Source: Candidatus Woesearchaeota archaeon (GTDB lineage Archaea > Nanobdellota > Nanobdellia > SCGC-AAA011-G17 > JACPIM01). From it: 64,000 nt of DNA. Shown one piece after another: positions 1-9,752 of this stretch. The DNA is taken from the NCBI GenBank assembly GCA_964513145.1, contig CAZELK010000003.1, forward strand, positions 32,001-96,000. The letters are read 5' to 3'. How positions within the stretch are numbered: position 1 is the first letter of the stretch; the number at the start of each line of letters is the position of its first letter. Below the pieces are notes generated by a model that saw only the letters and a program-made list of their open reading frames with translations, was not told the origin of the DNA and ran no database searches. A program made the position numbers and the translations under genes.

Positions 1-306
1 GCAAAGGTTAATGTTAATTTTTCTCAAAATGAATTTGACTGGCTAGATACACAATTTAAAAAGAATTCTGTCAAAGTTGCTTCTTATTTGCCCAGTGTTT
101 CAAATAGACATGATGAAAATGAAATCAGGCATATTTACTCAGAATTATTTCATCAGTTTAATTACATTGTAAATGACTATATTGCTTTGATTTTGAAAAA
201 AACTGATTTAATAAAAAATTATTTAGATAATTTTAAAATTATAGATGAAAAAGCAATTGATATTGGATCTGAGAAATATAATATCTTATTAATTAAGAAA
301 AATTAA
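1..306 (+). CDS. Hypothetical protein, 3' part (open from the window edge)
   Basis: Frame 1 has no stop from position 1 to TAA at 304-306; no recognisable motif. Confidence 0.55.
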   Translation, partial: AKVNVNFSQNEFDWLDTQFKKNSVKVASYLPSVSNRHDENEIRHIYSELFHQFNYIVNDYIALILKKTDLIKNYLDNFKIIDEKAIDIGSEKYNILLIKKN

Positions 307-320
307 TTCTAAAATAGGCA

Positions 321-575
321 TTAATCTATTTTTAATTTTTTTGAAATTTTATTTATATCTTCTTTTAATTTATTAAATGAATGGATTGTTTTTATTTTAA
401 ATTCTCCAAACTCTTTGTTTAAATTATATAAAAGTCCGCTTAAAATAGTAAATAATGAAACGCTGATTGTTGTGTCTGTTGCTGAATGTCCAAATAATCT
501 TGTTAATATGAAATATATTGTTAATAAAAACATAACAATAATAAATATATCAACCAAGCCCATTTTTTTGTTCAT
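321..575 (-). CDS. Small two-TM membrane protein
   Basis: ATG at 575 preceded by AGGTG SD-like motif; two hydrophobic segments and a charged C-terminus. Confidence 0.7.
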   Translation of the reverse strand: MNKKMGLVDIFIIVMFLLTIYFILTRLFGHSATDTTISVSLFTILSGLLYNLNKEFGEFKIKTIHSFNKLKEDINKISKKLKID

Positions 576-576
576 T

Positions 577-681
577 TCAAACACCTTTTAATATAATTAG
601 TATGAGCAAAATTGTAAAAACTATTATCATAAATCCAATAAAATACTGCCTCCAATTATCTGGCAATTCTGATAATTTCAT
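577..681 (-). CDS. 34-aa single-TM micro-protein (not in ORF track)
   Basis: Hand translation MKLSELPDNWRQYFIGFMIIVFTILLILIILKGV*; stop is 1 nt from the next ATG. Confidence 0.5.
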   Translation of the reverse strand: MKLSELPDNWRQYFIGFMIIVFTILLILIILKGV

Positions 682-826
682 GATAATGTAACTCATTATA
701 TGTATTTAATATTTTATTTTAACTTGAAAGTAGCCCAGGAATCTTCCGGGTTTTTTGAAAGATTTGCAAAAAGATGCCCATAATATGAAGAAAAATATAT
801 AAATAAAGCTTAAAGAGTATTAAATA

Positions 827-2293
827 ATGAAACCTGAAGATTTGCTAGTAAAAGAGAGAATAGAAAAATTAGAGAAATTAAAAAAATTAGGTGCAGATCC
901 CTATCCTTCTAAATTTGACAAAAAGAATGACATTATTGATATTGTAAACAAATACTCAAAATTAAAAAATGAAGAACATTCCAAAGATGCGATTAAAACT
1001 GCTGGCAAAGTAATGTCTATCAGAGAAATGGGTAAGGCATCTTTTTTTGATATTAAAGATGAAAAATCAAAAATTCAATGCTTTATTAAAGAAGACGAAG
1101 TCAAGAAAAAATATGAAATTTACAAACTTCTTGATATTGGCGATATTGTCGGGATTGAAGGCAGTATTTTTAGAACCAAGAGGGGAGAATTATCAATATT
1201 AGTAAAAAATATTGTTATTTTATCAAAGTCTTTAAAACCCCTGCCTGACAAATGGCATGGATTAAAAGATGTTGAAGAGAAATTCAGGAAAAGATATTTA
1301 GATCTTCTTATGGATCCAGAATTAAAAGAATTATTTATAAAAAAATCCAAATTCTGGCAGACAATAAGAAACTTTTTATTAAATAAAGGATTTTTAGAAG
1401 TTGAAACCCCTGTTTTAGAAACCTCGACTGGGGGTGCGGCTGCCATGCCGTTTAAGACACATCATAATTCTTTGGATATTGATGTTTACTTAAGAATTTC
1501 AATGGGCGAATTATGGCAAAAAAAATTATTAGTTGGTGGTTTTGAAAAAACTTTTGAGATAGGAAGACAATTCAGAAATGAAGGTGTAGATACAGAACAT
1601 TTACAAGATTATACGCAAATGGAATTTTACTGGGCTTATGCTAATTACAATGATGGAATGGAATTAGTTCAAGAGATGTACAGATTAGTTGCCAAAGAAA
1701 TTTTAGGAACTCTGAAATTTAAGACACATGGCTTTGATATTGATTTAGGAAAAAAATGGGAATTATATGACTATGAAACTTTAATTAAAGATAAAACAGG
1801 AATAAAAATATTTGAAGCTTCTAAAAAAGAAATTCAAAAAAAATTGGATCAATTAAAAATGGAATATGAAAAAAATGCTGCTAAATGGAGGTTGGTTGAT
1901 GTTTTATGGAAATACTGCAGAAAATCATTATCTGGTCCGGGGTTTTTAATAAACCAGCCAGTTGATGTAAGCCCATTAGCGAAAAGAAGCGACAAAGATA
2001 ATAGAAAAGTTGAGCAATTTCAAGTTATACTTGCTGGAACTGAATTAGGAAATGGATATAGTGAATTAAATGATCCGCTTGATCAGGAAAAAAGGTTTAT
2101 AGAACAAAGAAAATTGAAAGAAGCTGGAGATAAGGAAGCTCATGAACATGATGAAAGTTTTGTCGAGGCTTTAAAATATGGGATGCCACCTGCTTGCGGA
2201 TTTGGAGTTTCTGAAAGATTATTTGCTTTTCTAGTTGACAAACCAATCAGGGAATGCGTTATTTTTCCTTTAATGAAACCTGAGAAGAACTAA
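827..2293 (+). CDS. lysS: Lysyl-tRNA synthetase, class II
   Basis: OB-fold anticodon domain, FLEVETP motif 1, FEIGRQFRNEG motif 2, YGMPPACGFG motif 3. Confidence 0.97.
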   Translation: MKPEDLLVKERIEKLEKLKKLGADPYPSKFDKKNDIIDIVNKYSKLKNEEHSKDAIKTAGKVMSIREMGKASFFDIKDEKSKIQCFIKEDEVKKKYEIYKLLDIGDIVGIEGSIFRTKRGELSILVKNIVILSKSLKPLPDKWHGLKDVEEKFRKRYLDLLMDPELKELFIKKSKFWQTIRNFLLNKGFLEVETPVLETSTGGAAAMPFKTHHNSLDIDVYLRISMGELWQKKLLVGGFEKTFEIGRQFRNEGVDTEHLQDYTQMEFYWAYANYNDGMELVQEMYRLVAKEILGTLKFKTHGFDIDLGKKWELYDYETLIKDKTGIKIFEASKKEIQKKLDQLKMEYEKNAAKWRLVDVLWKYCRKSLSGPGFLINQPVDVSPLAKRSDKDNRKVEQFQVILAGTELGNGYSELNDPLDQEKRFIEQRKLKEAGDKEAHEHDESFVEALKYGMPPACGFGVSERLFAFLVDKPIRECVIFPLMKPEKN

Positions 2294-2735
2294 ACTGTTT
2301 TTTGAGCAATTCTTCTTTTTTTTCTTGAAGGATTTCTACCAATTCTCTTGTTTTTCCTTTTTCTAATGGCAATGTTAATGGTTTTTTTCTTTTTGAAAGA
2401 TCGTCAGAATCTTCAAGAAATTTGACAAATAGCATATCAGTTATTGCATTATCTAAATTTATTCTTTCATTAAATTCTGGCTGAATTCTTAATTTCCTAT
2501 ATACGTCTAAATAATTTTCCTGATTAAAGTAAAAAATGAAATGCTCACTAGAGACAAAACTTTCTAAAAATAAATTATACTCAAGTGGTTTTCTGCAATT
2601 TTCAATTTTTAGGATATTTTTCTGATGCTGAAATTCTGCATAAATATAATCTTTAAGATAAATGCAGCTACCTAATGTTGCTAAAGCAGCAAGTGTTAAT
2701 CCAGCTGCCAAAAAATCTGACAAGCTTCTTGACAT
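2259..2735 (-). CDS. Hypothetical protein with N-terminal membrane anchor
   Basis: 158-aa ORF with hydrophobic N-terminus. Confidence 0.6.
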   Translation of the reverse strand: MSRSLSDFLAAGLTLAALATLGSCIYLKDYIYAEFQHQKNILKIENCRKPLEYNLFLESFVSSEHFIFYFNQENYLDVYRKLRIQPEFNERINLDNAITDMLFVKFLEDSDDLSKRKKPLTLPLEKGKTRELVEILQEKKEELLKKQFSSSQVSLKEK

Positions 2736-2810
2736 AAACCCTAATTAATTTGCAAGTTTATATTTCTGCCTAAAAACCTTTAAATTCGGGCTTTTTGAGC
2801 CATTTTAAGC

Positions 2811-2824
2811 AAAAGCTTTATATA
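2811..2824 (+). promoter_or_regulatory. BRE/TATA box upstream of the histone gene
   Basis: AAAAGC-TTTATATA about 80 nt upstream of the ATG; GGAGG SD at about 2890. Confidence 0.55.
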
Positions 2825-2901
2825 TTAGTACTTCATTATTCTAAATAAAATAAGGTTTTAAGCCTTATAATGATTAAATACAAAAATATGGAGGGGTTTT
2901 T

Positions 2902-3072
2902 ATGGCAGAACTTTTGGTTGTAAGATCTAAAATAAAGGACTTTGCTAAGAACATGAATGTAGCAGGTGATTTCGCAGAGGCTTTAAGTGCTAAGGTTGAA
3001 GTGTTAGTCAAGGAAGCTTGCAAGAGAGCATCTGAAAACGGAAGAAAAACAGTTCAATCCAGAGATCTTTAA
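2902..3072 (+). CDS. Short archaeal histone-fold protein (DUF1931-like, 56 aa; not in ORF track)
   Basis: MAELLVVRSKIKDFAKNMNVAGDFAEALSAKVEVLVKEACKRASENGRKTVQSRDL*; RKTVxxxD histone L2 motif; strong SD. Confidence 0.9.
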   Translation: MAELLVVRSKIKDFAKNMNVAGDFAEALSAKVEVLVKEACKRASENGRKTVQSRDL

Positions 3073-3242
3073 TTTTATTTTTATTTTTTATTAATTTTTA
3101 CAAAATTAATTCTAAAAAATATTTTTTGTAACTTATTTGTTTCTAAATAATTTAATTTTTATAAACTTTATTTTTTCCAGATAAAGATATAAATTTAAAC
3201 ACCAAAAATATTTAGATAAGATAAAAAAGGAGCTGATGTAAA

Positions 3243-3635
3243 ATTTCGAAATTGAAAGGAAATCGAACTGAAAGGGAATTATTTCATATGTTCTGGGACT
3301 CTAATATGTGGGTTTGTATCAGAACTGCTGGTTCTGGAAGCACTACTGTTCCTGCTCCAGATTTATTAGTTGGAAATCAACAAAGAAAATTAGCTATTGA
3401 ATGCAAGTCTGGAAAAGATAAAAGATATTTAACAAAAAAAGAAGTTGAGGAGTTGATTTTCTTCGCTGAAAAATTTGGGGCTGAGGCCTGGATTGGTGTT
3501 AGATTTAATAATGTTGACTGGTTATTTTTAAGACCCGAAGAATTGGGTGTAAGCAAAGGAGATAATTTTTTTGTTTCTGTTGAACTGGCAAAAGAGAGAG
3601 GAATAAGTTTTGAGAATTTAATAAATTTGAATTAA
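3243..3635 (+). CDS. hjc: Archaeal Holliday junction resolvase (start at ATT 3243 or TTG 3252)
   Basis: KGNRTERELF, PDLLVG and IECKS PD-(D/E)xK motifs. Confidence 0.92.
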   Translation: MSKLKGNRTERELFHMFWDSNMWVCIRTAGSGSTTVPAPDLLVGNQQRKLAIECKSGKDKRYLTKKEVEELIFFAEKFGAEAWIGVRFNNVDWLFLRPEELGVSKGDNFFVSVELAKERGISFENLINLN

Positions 3636-3718
3636 TTTCCGGATTTTGCGCTTTATTTCCGAAATATTTGCGGAATTTCTTGAACAAAGTTAATTAAACT
3701 TAAATTAATTTTAATTTT

Positions 3719-4384
3719 ATGAAAACCTTATTTATTATATGTATTATTTTTATTTTAGCAGGAAATGTTTTTGCCTATAATAATATAACTTTGCGAATAA
3801 CTGAGTTTTTCCCAAATCCCATAGGAAAAGATAATTTTGGTTTAGAGAATATGGAATTTATTGAGATTTATAATTTTGGGGCTTCTGAAATTTATTTAGA
3901 CGGGTTTAAAATTTATAATAATAAAAACAAAAGCCTGTCTATATCTGAATATTTTAAATCTATCAAGCCAGACCAATATATAGCATTTTACCCAGCAATG
4001 AAATTCTCCCTAAAAAATAATGGCAAAGAAAATTTAATTCTAACTTATAAGGACTTTTTAATTGATGAAGTTGGATATTTGCATTCAAAAGAAGGTTTTT
4101 CATGGGCTTATATAAGCAATAATTGGACATTAACAAAACCTACGCCAGGCAGATCAAACACAAATGAAAATTTAAAAGATCCTAAATTAAATATAAATCA
4201 TATTACAAATAAATCCGAAAAGTTATTAAATATTACAAATTTTAATACTTCCAGAGCAGTATACAAATCTAAAACCCTTAAACAAGGCAAAATAGGATTA
4301 TACTTGTTTTTGTTTACATTAACACTTATCATAATTTCATTTGCAGTAGAAAAATGGAAGATAAACAAATTAAGGCAAGAGTAA
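3719..4384 (+). CDS. Lamin-tail-domain (LTD) surface protein with C-terminal TM
   Basis: Signal peptide; ITEFFPNP...EFIEIYN...PTPGRSN LTD signature. Confidence 0.8.
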   Translation: MKTLFIICIIFILAGNVFAYNNITLRITEFFPNPIGKDNFGLENMEFIEIYNFGASEIYLDGFKIYNNKNKSLSISEYFKSIKPDQYIAFYPAMKFSLKNNGKENLILTYKDFLIDEVGYLHSKEGFSWAYISNNWTLTKPTPGRSNTNENLKDPKLNINHITNKSEKLLNITNFNTSRAVYKSKTLKQGKIGLYLFLFTLTLIIISFAVEKWKINKLRQE

Positions 4385-4767
4385 TAATTGAGGTAGTTGG
4401 AATGCCAATTGATCATGTTAGAGAAACTTTAAACAATCTGATTGAAAAAATAAAAGATGATAAATCATTAGTTTTAGAAAAACAAGAAATATTTGAGCCT
4501 GTTGAATTACCTGAAATGAAACTTTTCAGCACTTTTGTGGAAGCAGATATAAAATTTACAAATATGGAAAAGTTAATTGGTTTTTGTTTTGACTTTACTC
4601 CAAGTTCTGTAGAAGTTTTAGAGCCGTTTAGTTTTATATTTGATGCCAGGTTTTTGAATGGGTTGTTAAATGACATAGTTATGAAACTCCACAGATATAC
4701 CATGTTAATCAGGAATTTAGACGCTGAGTATGCATTATTAAAAAAACAACTTGATACTAATAAATAA
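4354..4767 (+). CDS. Conserved archaeal hypothetical protein
   Basis: 137-aa ORF with IIEVVG.P...PSSVEVLEP pattern; function not assigned. Confidence 0.75.
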   Translation: MEDKQIKARVIIEVVGMPIDHVRETLNNLIEKIKDDKSLVLEKQEIFEPVELPEMKLFSTFVEADIKFTNMEKLIGFCFDFTPSSVEVLEPFSFIFDARFLNGLLNDIVMKLHRYTMLIRNLDAEYALLKKQLDTNK

Positions 4768-5982
4768 TTATCTGAATATATCTGAGATTTCTTTTGGTCT
4801 GCTTTTTTGAGCTTTTCTGAAAATTATAACATATAATATTATAAAAATTATTATGACTGCAATTATTAACATATATGACAATCTTTCTTTATTTACTTTT
4901 TTATTTGTAATTGGCTTTATTTCTTTGTCAATTTTTTCATTTTCTTCTTTTACTGTTTCGGAGATATTAGTTGTTTTTTCTATTTCTTCTATAACTTTAT
5001 TTTTCAAGCCAATTATTTTTATAGATAAAGGCAGGTTTACTTCAATTTTTTCATTAAAAATTTTTAAATCACCTTCATAAAGACCAATCTTAGCTTTATT
5101 TATGTATAGATTTAAAGCTATTACTTTTTTATTTTCAAAAAAATCTATTTTTTCAAACCCTAATTTTATCATATCCTTTATATTTCCCTTTATTGATATT
5201 GTGAGATTTGCAAGATTATTTTCATTGTTTTCAAGAAAAATATCTGTTTCTGCATAATTTCCGTAAGGGATTTCTGCTTTAAAATCTTTAATATATTTCT
5301 TTTCGTTGTTATTTTCTATAAAAAATTTGATGTTTTCTTTTTGCCTTATATTTTTTACATAAATTGGCAGAGTAAAAATATTTTTGTTATATATTAAACT
5401 TAAATTAACTTTATTTATGCTTTTATTAATTGCAAAGTAAACATAATCTATTGATTCCTTGTTGATACTTATATTTTTAGTAATCAAATTTGTTGAATTG
5501 CTATTGTCAGTTATTTCCAAGAAAATAAGATTATTGCCTTTGTTTTCCAATTTAATCTTAAAAAAACTTTTTTCATCTATATCAGCAATTATGACTGGGG
5601 GGTTTATTGATATTATATCATAATCTTTTTTTGAAATTAATATCTCTTTTTCAAAATTCTCTTTTTTTAAAATGTTATTTTCTATATATTTTACATTATT
5701 TACAGTTAATTTATACAAACCGTTTTCTATTTCAGGTATATCAAAATAGACGAAGTAATTTTCTTTATCTATATCTTTTAATATTACCCCTATATTTGTA
5801 GGTTCATTTAGATTATTCAAGATTTTTATGTTGCTCAATTCAATTTTATCAACGATATCTGGAAACTTTAATTCTGCTTGAAATGTTTCACCTATAAAAT
5901 ATTCATTTTTGAATGTTGTTATATTACCATTAGCAGAACTTATCAATATTAAAAAGATAAATGTCAGAATGAAATATTTCAT
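4768..5982 (-). CDS. Secreted, membrane-anchored beta-rich (Ig-like) protein
   Basis: Signal peptide, C-terminal TM plus basic tail; start overlaps stop of upstream gene. Confidence 0.7.
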   Translation of the reverse strand: MKYFILTFIFLILISSANGNITTFKNEYFIGETFQAELKFPDIVDKIELSNIKILNNLNEPTNIGVILKDIDKENYFVYFDIPEIENGLYKLTVNNVKYIENNILKKENFEKEILISKKDYDIISINPPVIIADIDEKSFFKIKLENKGNNLIFLEITDNSNSTNLITKNISINKESIDYVYFAINKSINKVNLSLIYNKNIFTLPIYVKNIRQKENIKFFIENNNEKKYIKDFKAEIPYGNYAETDIFLENNENNLANLTISIKGNIKDMIKLGFEKIDFFENKKVIALNLYINKAKIGLYEGDLKIFNEKIEVNLPLSIKIIGLKNKVIEEIEKTTNISETVKEENEKIDKEIKPITNKKVNKERLSYMLIIAVIIIFIILYVIIFRKAQKSRPKEISDIFR

Positions 5983-7616
5983 CGCTCTAAGATTTTTTTT
6001 GCCTCTTTTAAGGACTTTTCCAAATCTTCTTCTATCCTAGATTTTCTGCCTGGTTCTGCATTAGCTACTGATTTTAATAAATTTATAGGTCCTTTAAATT
6101 CTGTTTTCTCCACTCTTGGCTGCTGATTTTGAATAGAGCCAAAAGTCGGCTTTGATGGCTGCTTTTTTTGCTTAAATTTGGATATAATATTATTACCGAA
6201 TTTTTTATAGAGAAAGAACAATCCAATACCCAATATTATTAAGATCAAAATATACTTGAAAAAACCAGAACTTTTTTCTTCTTTTTTGCATGTGCAATCT
6301 AAGTTACATAGACCAGGACAATTTTTATCGTCACTTCCGTCACATTCTTCATTTTCATCTACAGCATTGTTACCGCAAAGAATAACTTCGTTGCCTGTTT
6401 GCTCTTCTTTACAGTCTAAAGGACAAATTAAACTACTTTCGCTTGAATCACATTTATTATCCCCACAACTACAATCATTCGGGCATTCCAAAGCAGTTTC
6501 GCCAAAATTACAAGTATTATCATTATTACATGCGCTTGGTTCTGTATTTTCTTCTGTTTCAACTTCTGTTTTTTTATTTCCCAGATCAATGCCAGTTTTT
6601 GGATATGCACTATATAATATCAATGAACTTTCCACTATATTTTTATTCCATGTACCTTCTGCATCTTGCTTACCATCTAACCATTTTATTCCTGATTCTA
6701 ATTTACTTTGATCTTCATTTAAAGCCAATAATGCAATAGCAGTATCAAAGACAGAACCAAAACTTCCATCCTGCTTTTGCAAGTTACTTAATTCATTTGC
6801 ATAAGTTTGCTTTTGAGTTATCATATATAAAAAAGCATTTGACTTAACATCTGTTGCTATATAATTTTTCCTTAAATATATTAAATTATCAAATGAATCA
6901 TAATTAAGATTTTTTAATACCCAATTTACAAATAAAGTTTCTTCCAAGTTACTAAAGTGGCCGTTATTTATTTTTATTGTTGCGCTCTGCCCAGAAGTTA
7001 CATCATCATTAAGATAGTAAATGCCCTGATCACTATATAAACTAGAGAATTTTCCATCGAAATTACATTTTATATCAAATATTACTGGCGGGCTGCTTAA
7101 AATATTGTTCTCCAGGCATTTGCCCAAATTAAATAATGTGCTCGGGGCTTGACAAAGACCAGATTTAATAAAACCTTTTTCTACATTAATTACTTTTTTT
7201 ACTTGGTTTTGACTTTTTTTATATTCTATGTCACAGTCACCAGTGCTTTGCGTATCTATTTGCAAAAACCAATCCCCAGTTAAACTTGTTAATTGATGAT
7301 TTTTTAACCATTCCAAACTTGAATCTACATTTTCTCCTGACTTACTTAATGCCAGGGCTGCCAAAGCAGTTTCTTTTCCTTTACAATTCTGACTTGGCCA
7401 GCAGTTATCTTTATTTTTTGCATTTGTCAAATAATCGAAGTATTCTTTACCACCGCTTACTTCATTTAAAGCTAACGCGCCTAAGGCAGCACTAAAAACA
7501 TCAACTGGTTTTTGTTTATCTAACCAGTTGTAAGCTGAACTTAAATTGGCTGCATAAGCATTTACAGAAAAAACTAACAATACAAACACCAATACACCAA
7601 TCTTTTTAATATACAT
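5979..7616 (-). CDS. Surface protein with prenyltransferase/squalene-cyclase-like repeats and Cys-rich repeats
   Basis: LQKQDGSFG and WLDGKQDAEGTW QW-type repeats; CGDNKCD and CGNNAVDENEECDG motifs; C-terminal TM. Confidence 0.7.
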   Translation of the reverse strand: MYIKKIGVLVFVLLVFSVNAYAANLSSAYNWLDKQKPVDVFSAALGALALNEVSGGKEYFDYLTNAKNKDNCWPSQNCKGKETALAALALSKSGENVDSSLEWLKNHQLTSLTGDWFLQIDTQSTGDCDIEYKKSQNQVKKVINVEKGFIKSGLCQAPSTLFNLGKCLENNILSSPPVIFDIKCNFDGKFSSLYSDQGIYYLNDDVTSGQSATIKINNGHFSNLEETLFVNWVLKNLNYDSFDNLIYLRKNYIATDVKSNAFLYMITQKQTYANELSNLQKQDGSFGSVFDTAIALLALNEDQSKLESGIKWLDGKQDAEGTWNKNIVESSLILYSAYPKTGIDLGNKKTEVETEENTEPSACNNDNTCNFGETALECPNDCSCGDNKCDSSESSLICPLDCKEEQTGNEVILCGNNAVDENEECDGSDDKNCPGLCNLDCTCKKEEKSSGFFKYILILIILGIGLFFLYKKFGNNIISKFKQKKQPSKPTFGSIQNQQPRVEKTEFKGPINLLKSVANAEPGRKSRIEEDLEKSLKEAKKILER

Positions 7617-7751
7617 AAATAAACCTCTTTTTATTACTTCTTAAAGGTTGATAATTTAAATACTTTTCTTTCGGATTTTTTAAGTTATTTCCGTAATTAT
7701 TTCGAAATATTTTGAACAATTTTTATTAAGGGCAAAGCAACTTGTTTTAAT

Positions 7752-8096
7752 ATGAAATGGCAAGAAAGTTTAACATTATTTTTGGGGATTGGCGGTCTAG
7801 TTCAATTAATAAAGTGGATACTTGATTCATTGAATATTGATTTTAGTACCACAATAAATTTCTTTTTGGCTAGTATTTTCGCTTTACAATTAATTAGTAT
7901 ATTTATTTTAATTAACATTCAAAGAGATCAAAAAATAATGAAAGAATTTTTAAAGTCCATAGGATTTAAAGATGAAGAAGGGGTTATTAATAAGATGTTT
8001 AAAAATAAAAAAGCAGAACTTGACGCCAGGGTACTTTTACTATTTGCGATTTTAGTTATTTTATATTTATTATACAAGGCTTTTATTTCTAATTAA
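7752..8096 (+). CDS. Small membrane protein
   Basis: Three hydrophobic segments. Confidence 0.65.
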   Translation: MKWQESLTLFLGIGGLVQLIKWILDSLNIDFSTTINFFLASIFALQLISIFILINIQRDQKIMKEFLKSIGFKDEEGVINKMFKNKKAELDARVLLLFAILVILYLLYKAFISN

Positions 8097-8675
8097 ATGC
8101 TGCAAAAACTAGTAGCCAAAGGACATAGAAGTATAGTTTATTTATGCCAATATAAAAATAAAAAAGCAATAAAAAAAATTGAAAGAACTGATATTTATGC
8201 TGTTAACAGAATTCAAAATGAAGTTTATTGGTTAAAGAAATTATTAAAATATAAAATAGCACCAAAGCTTTATTTTTATGAAAATAATTATTTTATTTGT
8301 GAGTATATTTTTGGTGAAAATATAATCCCTTATTTAGAAAATACTAAAAACCCCTCAAAAGTTATTAAAGATATTTTAAAACAATGCAGAATTTTAGACA
8401 AATTAAAAATTGAGAAGAAAGAAATGACAAATCCCTACAAACATATTATTGTACAAAAAAATAAACCAATTATGATTGATTTTGAAAGGGCTAGATTCAG
8501 TTTGAAACCTGGAAATGTGACTGCTTTTTTTAGTTTTCTAACTTCTGGAAAAATTACGAAAATATTGGATAAAAAAGGAATAATTTTAGATAGAGAAAAA
8601 TTAAAACCCTTATTACAAAAATATAAGAAAACTTATTCTGAGCATGATTTTGAAGAATTAATAGATTTAATTTAA
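8097..8675 (+). CDS. Archaeal Ser/Thr protein kinase (RIO/Bud32-like, COG2112 type)
   Basis: KGHRSIVY, AIKK and MIDFERA kinase motifs. Confidence 0.8.
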   Translation: MLQKLVAKGHRSIVYLCQYKNKKAIKKIERTDIYAVNRIQNEVYWLKKLLKYKIAPKLYFYENNYFICEYIFGENIIPYLENTKNPSKVIKDILKQCRILDKLKIEKKEMTNPYKHIIVQKNKPIMIDFERARFSLKPGNVTAFFSFLTSGKITKILDKKGIILDREKLKPLLQKYKKTYSEHDFEELIDLI

Positions 8676-8948
8676 AAATTCTTTAATGATTTTTTTTGTG
8701 TCTTCTATGGATACTTTTTTAAAAATATAACCTTCTGGATAAACTGCTATTGTAGGGCCTTCATTGCAGTGACCAAGACATTTTGTTTTAGTTATATTAT
8801 AAATCCCAATTAAACCATTTTGGTTAATGTGCTCTCTTAATATTTTTAATATCTGTTCAGAGTTCTTTTTAGCACAACATTCGCCCTGCTCTTTATCATT
8901 TATGCATACAAATATGTGTTTTTTATATTTTGCATTAACTAATTCCAT
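8667..8948 (-). CDS. Thioredoxin-like [2Fe-2S] ferredoxin
   Basis: HIFVC...CC...CLGHCNEGP..VYPEG. Confidence 0.9.
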   Translation of the reverse strand: MELVNAKYKKHIFVCINDKEQGECCAKKNSEQILKILREHINQNGLIGIYNITKTKCLGHCNEGPTIAVYPEGYIFKKVSIEDTKKIIKEFLN

Positions 8949-8999
8949 TTCAAGGTCTAATTTGAAAATCTTTTTAAGTTTATTTATTTCTCTTTTCTT

Positions 9000-9752
9000 A
9001 TGATTAAAATCGGGATTATAGGCGGGTCTGGATTAGATGACCCTGATATTTTAGAAGATAAACAGGAAAAAGAAATAATTACCCAGTTTGGCAAGCCTAG
9101 TTCTAACTTAACTATTGGCAGAATAAAAGGAGTTGATGTAATTATTTTGGCAAGACATGGAAAAAAACATACTATTACTCCAACTAAAGTAAATTATAGG
9201 GCCAATATCCAGGCTTTTAAACAAGAGGGCTGTACACATATTTTAGCAACTACTGCAGTCGGGTCTTTAAAAGAAGAAATAAAAAGGGGGGATTTAATAA
9301 TTATAGACCAGTTTATAGATTTTACAAGACATAGAGACATAACTTTCCATGATTCTTTTGAAAATGGACCAGTGCACACATCAATGGCAGAACCTTTTGA
9401 TAAAAATTTAAGAAACAAACTTATTGAAACTTCCAGGGAATTAGATTTTAGAGTTCATGAAAAAGGAACAGTTATTACAATTGAAGGCCCAAGATTTAGC
9501 ACTAAAGCAGAATCGAAAATGTTTAGATTATGGGGTGCAGATATAATCAATATGTCAATTGCTCCTGAAGCTACTTTAGCAAATGAAGCTGGAATTCCCT
9601 ATGCTGCTATTGCCATGAGCACTGATTATGACTGCTTATTTGATGATCTTCCACCAGTGACTTGGGAAGAAGTTTTAAAAGTATTTCATGAAAATGCGAA
9701 AAAAGTTACAACTTTGCTTATTAAAACAATTCCAAAGATTACTTCTTTATGA
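9000..9752 (+). CDS. mtnP: S-methyl-5'-thioadenosine phosphorylase
   Basis: [23 protein letters not shown] and STDYD motifs. Confidence 0.95.
   Translation: MIKIGIIGGSGLDDPDILEDKQEKEIITQFGKPSSNLTIGRIKGVDVIILARHGKKHTITPTKVNYRANIQAFKQEGCTHILATTAVGSLKEEIKRGDLIIIDQFIDFTRHRDITFHDSFENGPVHTSMAEPFDKNLRNKLIETSRELDFRVHEKGTVITIEGPRFSTKAESKMFRLWGADIINMSIAPEATLANEAGIPYAAIAMSTDYDCLFDDLPPVTWEEVLKVFHENAKKVTTLLIKTIPKITSL

Noticed and set aside
827-2293. Class II LysRS as evidence of contamination
   Set aside because: Class II LysRS occurs in several archaeal lineages, and the neighbouring genes are archaeal
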